Of a stretch of DNA of 64,000 bases, positions 1 to 8,211 are shown piece after piece. The translations under genes were made by a program, and so were the position numbers. The stretch spans positions 3,616,001 to 3,680,000 of the forward strand of contig OZ245002.1 in NCBI GenBank assembly GCA_965223415.1, written 5' to 3'. The notes below the pieces were generated by a model. The model saw nothing but the letters and a program-made list of their open reading frames with translations. It was not told the origin of the DNA and made no database searches. This DNA comes from Myxococcota bacterium (lineage in GTDB: Bacteria; Myxococcota_A; UBA9160; UBA6930). The number at the start of each line of letters is the position of its first letter. Position 1 is the first letter of the stretch.

Positions 1-300
1 GATCGGCCAGCGCAGGGCACCCTGGCGTGCCATGACCATGCGGGCGAGGGAGGGGGTGAACTCGCTCCGCAGGGCCAGGTGCCGGTCGTGCAGCTCGAAG
101 TGGTAGAGCTGCTCGACGATCTCCTCGCCGGCCTTGCGCATGTAGAGCTCGGCATGCTCGACAATCGGTGCGTCGACCTCCTCGAAGCCGAAGCGGTGGG
201 CCACGTCCCGCCACAGTCCGAAGAGCCAGCGGCGCAGGCGCAGGTCCTCCGGGAAGAAGTCCCGGGTTCCGCGGGGAGGCTGGGTGTTGATCTTCGCCAC
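1..300 (-). CDS. hisS: Histidyl-tRNA synthetase, N-terminal part (runs off the window's left edge)
   Basis: Not in ORF track; manual translation from GTG at 300 gives VAKINTQPPRGTRDFFPEDLRLRRWLF...FEEVDAPIVEHAELYMRKAGEEIVEQLYHF...LALRSEFTPSLARM, the class II HisRS N-terminal signature. Confidence 0.93.
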   Translation of the reverse strand, partial: MAKINTQPPRGTRDFFPEDLRLRRWLFGLWRDVAHRFGFEEVDAPIVEHAELYMRKAGEEIVEQLYHFELHDRHLALRSEFTPSLARMVMARQGALRWPI

Positions 301-441
301 GGGCAGTCACTAACACAGTTCCCCGGGGCGGCCAGGTCAAGCCCTCCCGGCGAAGAACCGACATGGGTACGCGGGGTTCCGAGTTTGCTACACCCCCGGC
401 CCGAGGGCCCTCATGGCCCCGCCAGCGTCCAGGAGACCGCC

Positions 442-1746
442 GTGACTCGCCGCCTTCTGCCCGTCCTCTCCCTACCCTTCTGCCTGCTCGTCGGCCTGGC
501 CCTGGCCTGCGGCTCCGCCGAGGAGGCCCAGGCCCCGGCCGCCAGCGCCCCGGAGCCCGCCCCGGCCCCCGCCGCCCCGGCTCCGGAGCCCGCGTCAGCC
601 ACCCCGGCCGACCTGCCCCAGGGGCTCCTGGTGGCGATCTCGAAGTTCGAGCGCAAGGACGGCAAGCCCCTTCCCAAGAGCGAGCTGATGGTGCTCGTGC
701 GGGAGGGCGGCGCCTGGGTGGCCAGCGCCTACGACGATCCGGAGAGCAACGTCTTCCACAAGGCCATGGTCTACGCCCCGCCGGGCCGGGAGCCCGGCGT
801 ACTCACCCTGGGCGGCACCGGCGCCGTGCTGAAGCTCTGGCGCAAGGGCGAGGACGGCCGCCTGGCGCCGGCCGAGACCCTCTGGCAGGAGGACTTCGGA
901 GGCAAGTGGAGCCGCATGCGCGACGCGGAGCAGGCGGATCTCTACGGCGACGGCGGGTCCGCCCTGGCGGTGGCGACCCACGATCAGGGTGTGTTCGCCG
1001 TCGTGCGGCCGAAGGCCGGCGGTGGCTGGGACGTGAACAAGATGGACGAGCAGCCGGACAAGTTCATCCACGAGATCGAGATCGGCGACCTCGATGGCGA
1101 CGGTGTGCCCGAGGTGTACGCGACGCCCAGCGACCCGAACAAGCTCGACGGCAAGCCCCAGCACGGCGAGGTGGTGCGCTACGTGCCGGCCGCGAACGAG
1201 GGGCGCGTGGTGGTCGCCGACCTGGGCGGGCGCCACGCGAAGGAGATCCTGGTCGACGACGTGGACGGCGACGGACGCGACGAGCTCTACGTCTCCATCG
1301 AGGCCGCCGAGGGCGGTGACCTGGAGGTGCGCCGCTACGACGCCGGTACCGATCCGGCCGCCGGGCACACCATCGCGACCCTCAGCGATCCGATGGCGCG
1401 CTTCCTCACCGCCGGCGACGTCGAAGGCGACGGCGTCAAGGAGATGGTGGTCGCCGCGAAGGACACGGGCCTGTGGCTGCTGCGGCCCGGCGGGGATCCG
1501 AAGGGCGCCTGGGAGAAGGCGCTGATCGACGCCGACTCGAAGGGCTTCGAGCACGCGGCGCTCCTCGCCGACCTGGACGGCGACGGCAAGGACGAGCTCT
1601 ACGTCGCCAGCGATGACGACAAGGAGCTGCGCCGCTACGTCTGGCAGGACGGCGACTTCCAGCGCGAGGTGATCCACGCCCGCAGCGAGGCCCTTCCCAT
1701 CCTCACCTGGAACCTGATGCCGGTGCCCGTCGAACTCGTGCGTTAG
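442..1746 (+). CDS. FG-GAP/VCBS-repeat lipoprotein (Ca-binding beta-propeller type)
   Basis: AGGAG SD at 431-435 then GTG 442; lipobox LALAC; Pro/Ala linker; five DxDGDG-like motifs (DLYGDG, DLDGDGVPE, DVDGDGRDE, DVEGDGVKE, DLDGDGKDE). Confidence 0.8.
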   Translation: MTRRLLPVLSLPFCLLVGLALACGSAEEAQAPAASAPEPAPAPAAPAPEPASATPADLPQGLLVAISKFERKDGKPLPKSELMVLVREGGAWVASAYDDPESNVFHKAMVYAPPGREPGVLTLGGTGAVLKLWRKGEDGRLAPAETLWQEDFGGKWSRMRDAEQADLYGDGGSALAVATHDQGVFAVVRPKAGGGWDVNKMDEQPDKFIHEIEIGDLDGDGVPEVYATPSDPNKLDGKPQHGEVVRYVPAANEGRVVVADLGGRHAKEILVDDVDGDGRDELYVSIEAAEGGDLEVRRYDAGTDPAAGHTIATLSDPMARFLTAGDVEGDGVKEMVVAAKDTGLWLLRPGGDPKGAWEKALIDADSKGFEHAALLADLDGDGKDELYVASDDDKELRRYVWQDGDFQREVIHARSEALPILTWNLMPVPVELVR

Positions 1747-1909
1747 GCGATCCAGCCTTCGCACCACGCGCACCACCCGGCGAAGACCCCAGCCGAGTGG
1801 GTCCGGAGCCGTGCGCGGGCGTGCAATCCGGTGTCCGCACCCCAAGACGCGGATTCGCGGACTCGGTAGGGATCGCGGGCAGTTACGCCCGCAGGAGATC
1901 CCCGATCCG

Positions 1910-3124
1910 ATGCTTGGCGTTCCGATCCTGGACACCGCCCTCGGCGAGCCCGAACCGGGAATGCCGATCGTGCTCTTCGGTCCGATGGGGTGTGGGCGGA
2001 CGGTGTTCGCGTTGCAGGCGCTGCACGCGGCCGCCGCTCGGGGACGAGCGCGCCCTGCTGCTGACGAGCGAGCCGCCGGCGGTTCTGCTCCGGCAGGCGC
2101 GGGCGCTCGAGCTCGACCTGGAGCCGGCGATCCGCGCCGGGCGGCTGGCGATGGACACGGAGGACGAGCTCGAGAACGCCGGCGCCGTGGCCGAGGCCGC
2201 CGAGGCGGACGGCTTCCCGGTCACCTACCTGGTCGTCGCGCGCCTGGCCCGGGAGCACCCGGAGCTCGCTCGCCGGCTCGTCCGGGAGGGCGAGGTGGGC
2301 AGCCGCGCCGACGGGCACGCGCCCCTGGCGCCCCTCTCCCGAGCCCGGCAACGGGATCGCCTGCGCACCGCCGTGGGCCTCACCGAAGCCGCCGTCGGCA
2401 CCCGCCCCGTGGGCTTCCTTCCTCCCTCCGAGGCCTACGCCGAAGGCACCCAGGCACTCCTCGCCGGGCTGGGCTTCGAGTACCAGCTCGGGGAAGCACT
2501 GCTCGATCGCGCCGTGCCCCGGGTCGAGGAGCTCGGCCCGGGGCCGCGGGCGTTCGTCACGGTTCCGCGCACGACCCCGGATGACGACTTCGAAGTACGC
2601 GGCGGCAACGAGGTTCCGACACGCCTCGCGGAGGCGATGCTCGTTCCGATCGCGCGCAGCCGTCGCGTGGGGGGGCTCCACCATGTCTCGCTCCACACCC
2701 GGACCTTCGGCGCACCGGCCCGGGTGGAGGTCTGCGCCGCCTGGCCCGCGAGCTTCGGGCCCAGGGGGCGTGGCTCGCCACGGGCCGGGAGCTGGCCCGC
2801 TGGGCCCGTGCCACCCACGAAGTCGACGTGGCCTTCCAGGCGCGCGGCCCCCATCGGGTGCGCATTCGCGTCTCCAACCGCGGAGGCGAGACGGTTCACG
2901 GCCTCGCCGTCCGCGTGATCGCGAACCGGCCGATCGTCGGCGGCGAGGTGCACGCCACGGAGGTGATCGAGGCGTTGTTCGCTGCCGGCCCGACGCTGCG
3001 GCCCGCCGGCCAGGACGGTCTCGACCTGCTGCTGCCGGATCTCCGGGCGGGCGCGAGCCGCAGCTACGATCTCGACCTGCAGGAGATCGCGGAGCCTTCC
3101 GCCGCGCGGCACGCGGGCGCGTAG
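1910..3124 (+). pseudogene. Frameshifted chimeric remnant: KaiC/RAD55-like ATPase N-terminus joined to a polysaccharide deacetylase-like C-terminus
   Basis: ATG 1910 frame gives LGVPILDTALG...VLFGPMGCGRTVFALQ (Walker A); shift near 2040-2045 continues ERALLLTSEPP...AGRL, then MDTEDE...VTYLVV...RPVGFLPP...VSLH; second shift at ~2732 continues LRRLARELRAQGAWLATGRELARW to stop 3124. Confidence 0.6.
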
Positions 3125-3135
3125 AGGAAGCGGCA

Positions 3136-3225
3136 GCCGTCCGCTCGCGTCCGGCGCCGTTCGCCCGCATCCGGTGCCGTTCGCCCGCGTCCGGCGCCGT
3201 TCGCCCGCATCCGGCGCCGTTCGCC
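3136..3225. repeat. 20-bp tandem repeat, ~4.5 copies (CCGGCGCCGTTCGCCCGCRT)
   Basis: Units at 3151-3170, 3171-3190, 3191-3210, partial 3211-3225, degenerate 3131-3150; no spacers. Confidence 0.9.
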
Positions 3226-3364
3226 GGTCCGTCGGTTCGCTCCGGGATGCGGGTACGCGCGGCGGGGCGCCGGGGGCGCGCGAGCGGCGCCCTCGCTCGC
3301 CGGGCGCCGGCACGCGATCTGCACAGGCCTTCGTGACGCCCCACGGTCCCGCTGGAGCGCAACC

Positions 3365-6300
3365 ATGCGCCGATCCGTGCAGGCGGCCCCCTGGCCGTTC
3401 CTCCTCCTCCTCCTCGTCTTCCTCCTCGCCTGTCCCAAGGGCTCCACCATCCCGGCGGGGGACGTCGACTATCAACGTCTCGCGCACCTACCCGTCCCGG
3501 GCGGGGTGGTGAACGGCGCGGGCGGCAACCTGCTGCTGCGGCGGGTCGATCTCTCGATCGATACCCGCCTCGGCACCCGCCGGGTCGGCGCTCGCTACAA
3601 CTCGGTCGACGGGCTCTGGCGCTGGTCCTTCGAGCCCACTTTCGACGGCGCCACCTTCGTCGACGGGAGCGGGGCGCGCCTCGGCGTCGGGGGCGTCGCT
3701 CCCGGCCAGGCCATTCCGGGGACCGAGTGGGTGGTGGTCGACGGGACGACGCTCCAGACGAAGGGCGGCCTCGTTCACGCGTTCCGTCCGGACGGGCAGC
3801 TCGCCCGCATCCACTGGTCGAGCGGTGCCTACCCCTCCCTGGAGCTCGCCTACGCACACAGCGCCGGCGCCGATCGCGCCGTGCGGATCGACCAGTGCAC
3901 CGGACCGGGTGTCTGCAGCCTCGTCTTCGACCTGCAGCGCGACGCCGCAGGACGCGTGGTGGCGATTCAGGACCGCGCCGGCCGCAGCGCCGACTTCGCC
4001 TACGACGCGAGCGGACGACTGGTGGCCGCTCGCGACGGCCTCGACACGGCCAGGGGCTGGAGCGGCCGCTTGTACGGCTACGACGTCGCCGGCCGGCTGG
4101 CGTCGATCACCAACTCCGAGGGCGAGCGCGTCGAGGTCGACCTCGACGCCGCCGGGCGGCTCCTCGAGCTGCGCCAGATCGGCGGCGGCGATCCCACCTG
4201 GCGACTCTCCCACCAGACGTCCTCCCGCCGGACGGAGCTCACCGATCCCACCGGCGCCGTGACGCGGGTGGCCTACGACAGCCGACGCCGCGTCGTCTCC
4301 CGCACCAACGGGGCCGGCGAGGAGACCCTCTTCGAGTGGACGGGCCTGCGACCGACCCGCCGCACGGCGCCCGACGGCACGACGACCGAGTGGACCTGGC
4401 AGAACGACGACATGGCGACGGCGCGCTCTCCGAGCGGGAACGTCGTGACGTTCACCTGGGCGCCCCACGGCGTGAACCGGGCGGATCCCCACCGGCGCGC
4501 CCTGGCCCGTTCCGAGGACGGCCTCGGGCTGATCGAGGAGCGGATCTACGACGCCGCGGGACGCCTCGTCGAGAAGCGCAACGGCGCCGGCGAGGCGACC
4601 ACCTGGGAGTACGGCGCCGACGAGATGGTCGCGCGCAGGACGACACCGGATGGTGTCGTCCTGGACTTCGCGGGCCACGGCGATCACGGCCACCCCACGA
4701 TCGTCACGAACCCCCACGCCACGGTGCACCCGCGCTACGACGCGGTGGGCAACCGCCTCGAGGGCCCGGGCACGGGTGAGGCTGGCGGCAGCGTGGGCGG
4801 CATCGTCGAACGCGCCTTCGACGAGGACCGCAACCTCTCCCAGGTCGTGCTGGCCGACGGCTCCCAGGCAGGGGCGGTGCTGCGGAGCCTGGTCCTCCAG
4901 TACCGCAGCGACCACCAGCGCACGGCGGTCCTGCGCCCCTACGGCGCCGACACGGTCTGGGTCCACGACGCCCACGGCCGCGCGATCGAGCGTCGGGACA
5001 AGAGCCAGGGGGCCTGGGCCTCGACCTCGATCGAGCGCGACCTTCGCGGCCGGGTCGTCGCCCGGGAGCGGCCCAACGGCATGCGGGAGGAGTGGTTCCA
5101 CGACGCCGCCGGGCGCACGATCCGCCACGCGATCCTCCGGGGAGGGCTGCTCGAGAGCGAGGCGTTCTTCGCCTACGCGGCGGGTCGCCTCGTCTCGGTG
5201 AGCGACAGCGCCCACGGGGCCGTGCCGGAGACCCTCAGCTACGACGCCTACGGGCGCCCGGCCCAGGTGAACCACCCCGGTGGCGAGCAGACCTGGCTCG
5301 TCTACGACGCCCGTTCCCGGGTCGTCCTGCGCGGCTTCGGCGACACCGCGACCGGCTTCCTGCGCACGGTCGCGGTGAGCTACGACGCCGCCGGACGCGA
5401 TCGGACACTCTGGGACGGTGCCTCGATGGTTCGGGACCGTCAGTATGCGAACGGGCTCGTCACCCAGGAGAGCTACGGAAACGGCCTGGTGCGTAGCTTC
5501 AGCTACGGGCCGGGCGGCGAGCGCATCGGCGCCGTCACCGTCAACGGGCAGGGCCAGACGATCGAGACCACGGCCGTCACCGAGAGCTGCGCGTTCTTCA
5601 TACCGCTCTGTTGGCACGCGCACACCCAGACGTACGGCGCCGTCTCCGGCGACACCCAGGAGAGCTATCAGCTCCTGGCGGCCACTGACGGCGGACCGGG
5701 GAGCGAAGGCGGCGCGCGCATCGAACGCGGGTTCACCTGGGGCGGCGGCGCCGAGTCCTTCTTCTTCGACGCCCAGAGCAACCGGACCGGCGGCGTGGGC
5801 GCAGCGCCGGTCTGCGGAGGGATCGACACCTGGTCGTTCACCTACGACGCGGAGCGCTCGAGGCTCCTGCAGGCGACGACCGTCACCTGCGGAACCGGAC
5901 ACGCCTATGCCTACGATTCGGCTGGCTTCGTCGTGGACCGCGACGGCGTCTCTCTCGAGTGGGACGGCGCCGGCCGGATCCGCGCCATCGGAGCCGACAC
6001 CTTCGCCTGGGACACGCGGGGACGCCCGCTGTCGCGGACCCTGGGCGGTGTCACCACCACCTGGCGCTTCGGCGGCGCGATCGAGGCCGACGCAGCGGGC
6101 CTGCCCGCCGCCCTCGACCTGGGCGAGGTGCGCATCGCCCTCGGCAGCGGTGCACGGCTCTACCGCCACATGGACTTCCGGCAGAACGTCCGCTTCGTGA
6201 CCGACGACGCCGGGGCGGTGGTCGCCCACTACCGCTACGCGGCGTACGGGGTGCAGAGCGTGATCGGCGATGCCAGCGCCGATCCGGTGCGACGCTTCGC

Positions 6301-6862
6301 CCAGGGACACGACCTGGGTGGCCTCGTCCTCCTCGGGCACCGCGTACTCGACCCGGACGTCGGCCGCTTTCTGGCGCCGGACCCGGTCTTCCAGCTGATC
6401 AACCAGTACACCTACACGATCGGCAACCCGATCGACTTCTGGGATCCGTCGGGTCGGTTCCAGGTCAAGGTCTCGACCGGTCTGGCGGTCGTGGCCATCG
6501 CGGTCGGCCTCGCCGGCACCTTCGCGACCGCGCCGGTGTGGGCTGTCGGGCTCGGCCTCGCGAGCGCGGGGCTCTCGATCGCCTCGCTCGTAGTAGCGGA
6601 GTTCGAGGGCGTCCCGAATCCCGAGCCCGGCTCGACCCCCCAGTGCGGCTGCGGCCCGCCCGGTCCTCCCCGGGGGCCCCCGGGCGGCAGCCCCGGGTCT
6701 GGCGGTGGCGACGAGGCCGGCGCTGATGGCGAGGGCTCGGGCGGATCCGGCGGCACCATGATCAAGACCCTCACCATCGAGGTCGCTCCGGGCGGCAGCC
6801 TGGGGTTCGACTGGAGCTTCGCCCTCGGTGTCGCACTGCAACTCGGAGGATTGAACCTGTGA
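3365..6862 (+). CDS. RHS/YD-repeat protein with N-terminal lipoprotein signal and RHS-associated core
   Basis: Lipobox FLLAC; VNGAGGNLLLRRVDL N-terminal motif; many YD-xx-GRL repeats; core HRVLDPDVGRFLAPDP...YTYTIGNPIDFWDPSG; ~135-aa C-terminal tip. Confidence 0.92.
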   Translation: MRRSVQAAPWPFLLLLLVFLLACPKGSTIPAGDVDYQRLAHLPVPGGVVNGAGGNLLLRRVDLSIDTRLGTRRVGARYNSVDGLWRWSFEPTFDGATFVDGSGARLGVGGVAPGQAIPGTEWVVVDGTTLQTKGGLVHAFRPDGQLARIHWSSGAYPSLELAYAHSAGADRAVRIDQCTGPGVCSLVFDLQRDAAGRVVAIQDRAGRSADFAYDASGRLVAARDGLDTARGWSGRLYGYDVAGRLASITNSEGERVEVDLDAAGRLLELRQIGGGDPTWRLSHQTSSRRTELTDPTGAVTRVAYDSRRRVVSRTNGAGEETLFEWTGLRPTRRTAPDGTTTEWTWQNDDMATARSPSGNVVTFTWAPHGVNRADPHRRALARSEDGLGLIEERIYDAAGRLVEKRNGAGEATTWEYGADEMVARRTTPDGVVLDFAGHGDHGHPTIVTNPHATVHPRYDAVGNRLEGPGTGEAGGSVGGIVERAFDEDRNLSQVVLADGSQAGAVLRSLVLQYRSDHQRTAVLRPYGADTVWVHDAHGRAIERRDKSQGAWASTSIERDLRGRVVARERPNGMREEWFHDAAGRTIRHAILRGGLLESEAFFAYAAGRLVSVSDSAHGAVPETLSYDAYGRPAQVNHPGGEQTWLVYDARSRVVLRGFGDTATGFLRTVAVSYDAAGRDRTLWDGASMVRDRQYANGLVTQESYGNGLVRSFSYGPGGERIGAVTVNGQGQTIETTAVTESCAFFIPLCWHAHTQTYGAVSGDTQESYQLLAATDGGPGSEGGARIERGFTWGGGAESFFFDAQSNRTGGVGAAPVCGGIDTWSFTYDAERSRLLQATTVTCGTGHAYAYDSAGFVVDRDGVSLEWDGAGRIRAIGADTFAWDTRGRPLSRTLGGVTTTWRFGGAIEADAAGLPAALDLGEVRIALGSGARLYRHMDFRQNVRFVTDDAGAVVAHYRYAAYGVQSVIGDASADPVRRFAQGHDLGGLVLLGHRVLDPDVGRFLAPDPVFQLINQYTYTIGNPIDFWDPSGRFQVKVSTGLAVVAIAVGLAGTFATAPVWAVGLGLASAGLSIASLVVAEFEGVPNPEPGSTPQCGCGPPGPPRGPPGGSPGSGGGDEAGADGEGSGGSGGTMIKTLTIEVAPGGSLGFDWSFALGVALQLGGLNL

Positions 6863-7119
6863 GCGACGATGGGAACCGACGGACCGGAGGTGTGCGCCGC
6901 GGCCAGGCGGGGCCCCTGATCGGGCTCGCCGCCACCCTGGTGGTGCTGGGGCAGCTGCGTCACCTGGAGCTGACGTCCGACGGGGGGATGGTCTGGACCC
7001 TCTCCCTGGGCCTCGTCCTCGCGGGATTGGGCCTGCTCAACCTGGTGGTCTGGATGCTCTACCGCGAGGTCCGGAGGCTCCAAGACGAGAGGGAGCTCGA
7101 AGCGCGCACCCGCCGCTGA
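6859..7119 (+). CDS. Small 2-TM membrane protein, candidate RHS immunity protein
   Basis: GTGA start/stop overlap with RHS, GGAGG SD upstream; two hydrophobic segments and a charged C-terminus. Confidence 0.6.
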   Translation: MSDDGNRRTGGVRRGQAGPLIGLAATLVVLGQLRHLELTSDGGMVWTLSLGLVLAGLGLLNLVVWMLYREVRRLQDERELEARTRR

Positions 7120-7142
7120 GGCGCCGTGGCCCGGGGCGGCCG

Positions 7143-7922
7143 CTAGCCCCGGGCCACCTGCGCCATGGCGGCGAGGGCGATCTCGATGCACTGGCCCATG
7201 TTGCGGTCGAGGTCGATCTCGGCGGGGCCGGGCCAGGGCGTGCGATCCGACACGACGCAGATGCAGCCGGCCCGCACGCCGAAGAGCCCGGCCAGGGTCA
7301 GGAGCACGCCACTTTCCATCTCGCAGTTCTGCACCCGGGCCGAGCGCAGGTCGGCAATGCGGTTCGGGTGATCGGCCGTCCAGTAGTCGCCGACGCTCAT
7401 CGAGCCCATGCCGCCGCTCTCGGTGAGCACGGCGTTGCGCATGTAGAAGGCGTCGAGGCTCCAGGTGATGCCGGCCCGGCAGCGGGCGCCGCGCTCCCGC
7501 GCCGCGGCCAGGAGCGCGCCGACGATCTCGTGGTCGGCGACCGCCGGGTACTCGGGCAGCACGTAGCTCCGGCTCGTGCCGTCGTCGCGCACGGAGCCGG
7601 TGGTCACGACCAGGTCGCCGAGCTCCAGGTCCGGCGCCAGGCCGCCGCTGTTGCCGATCCGCAGGAACGTGTGGACGCCCAGCTTCACCAGCTCTTCCAC
7701 CAGGATGGCCGTGCTCGGGGCGCCGATGCCGGTCGATGCCGCGGCCATGGGAATTTCACCCCATTTTCCGGTGACGACGCGATACTCCCGGACGTTGCAC
7801 ACCTCCGCGGCGTCCTCCCAGCCCGCGCTGATCCGGTCGATGCGGGCCGGGTCGCCGCACAGGAAGGCATGGGGCGGCACCTGGCCGGGGGTGAGACCGG
7901 TGATGGGTTGGGCGTCACTCAC
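7143..7922 (-). CDS. udp: Uridine/nucleoside phosphorylase (PNP_UDP_1)
   Basis: GDPARI, STGIGAPS, RIGNSGG, RDDGTS, CEMES motifs; AGGAG SD before GTG 7922. Confidence 0.85.
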   Translation of the reverse strand: MSDAQPITGLTPGQVPPHAFLCGDPARIDRISAGWEDAAEVCNVREYRVVTGKWGEIPMAAASTGIGAPSTAILVEELVKLGVHTFLRIGNSGGLAPDLELGDLVVTTGSVRDDGTSRSYVLPEYPAVADHEIVGALLAAARERGARCRAGITWSLDAFYMRNAVLTESGGMGSMSVGDYWTADHPNRIADLRSARVQNCEMESGVLLTLAGLFGVRAGCICVVSDRTPWPGPAEIDLDRNMGQCIEIALAAMAQVARG

Positions 7923-8211
7923 GATGGGGCCTCCTGCTGGGGTCGAGCGGGCGGGAGGCTGGCCGACGGGCCGGCTCGCCGCAACCCGGCGGTCCCGGGT
8001 AGGGGCCCGAAACGACACCGCAATTCGCCCGCCCGGCGCCCGGTCGAGGCGGGCCGCACTCAAGTTTTGGGGGCGAGGCCCCGACCGGGGGGCCCGAACC
8101 CGAACTTGTCACTCCCGGGGCCTCGGGCTAAGGGTGGCCCGCCCCCAACAGGACCGAACGCACTCATAGAGAGGGGAGCCCCGAGGGGTAGGGGCCGAGA
8201 GGACGCAGCCG

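Noticed and set aside
79..441. N-terminal extensions given by the ORF track (here and for many other genes)
   Set aside because: They overlap neighbouring genes such as hisS; downstream starts have SD or -10 support and restore signal peptides.
3136..3225. Possible CRISPR array
   Set aside because: Units are contiguous with no unique spacers and no cas genes are nearby.
3488..6841. Long antisense or alternate-frame ORFs (also 7368-10445, 11327-14446, 24905-27157, 41686-45399, 60072-62366)
   Set aside because: Shadow ORFs expected in high-GC DNA; they overlap well-supported genes and have Arg/Gly/Pro-rich, motif-free translations.
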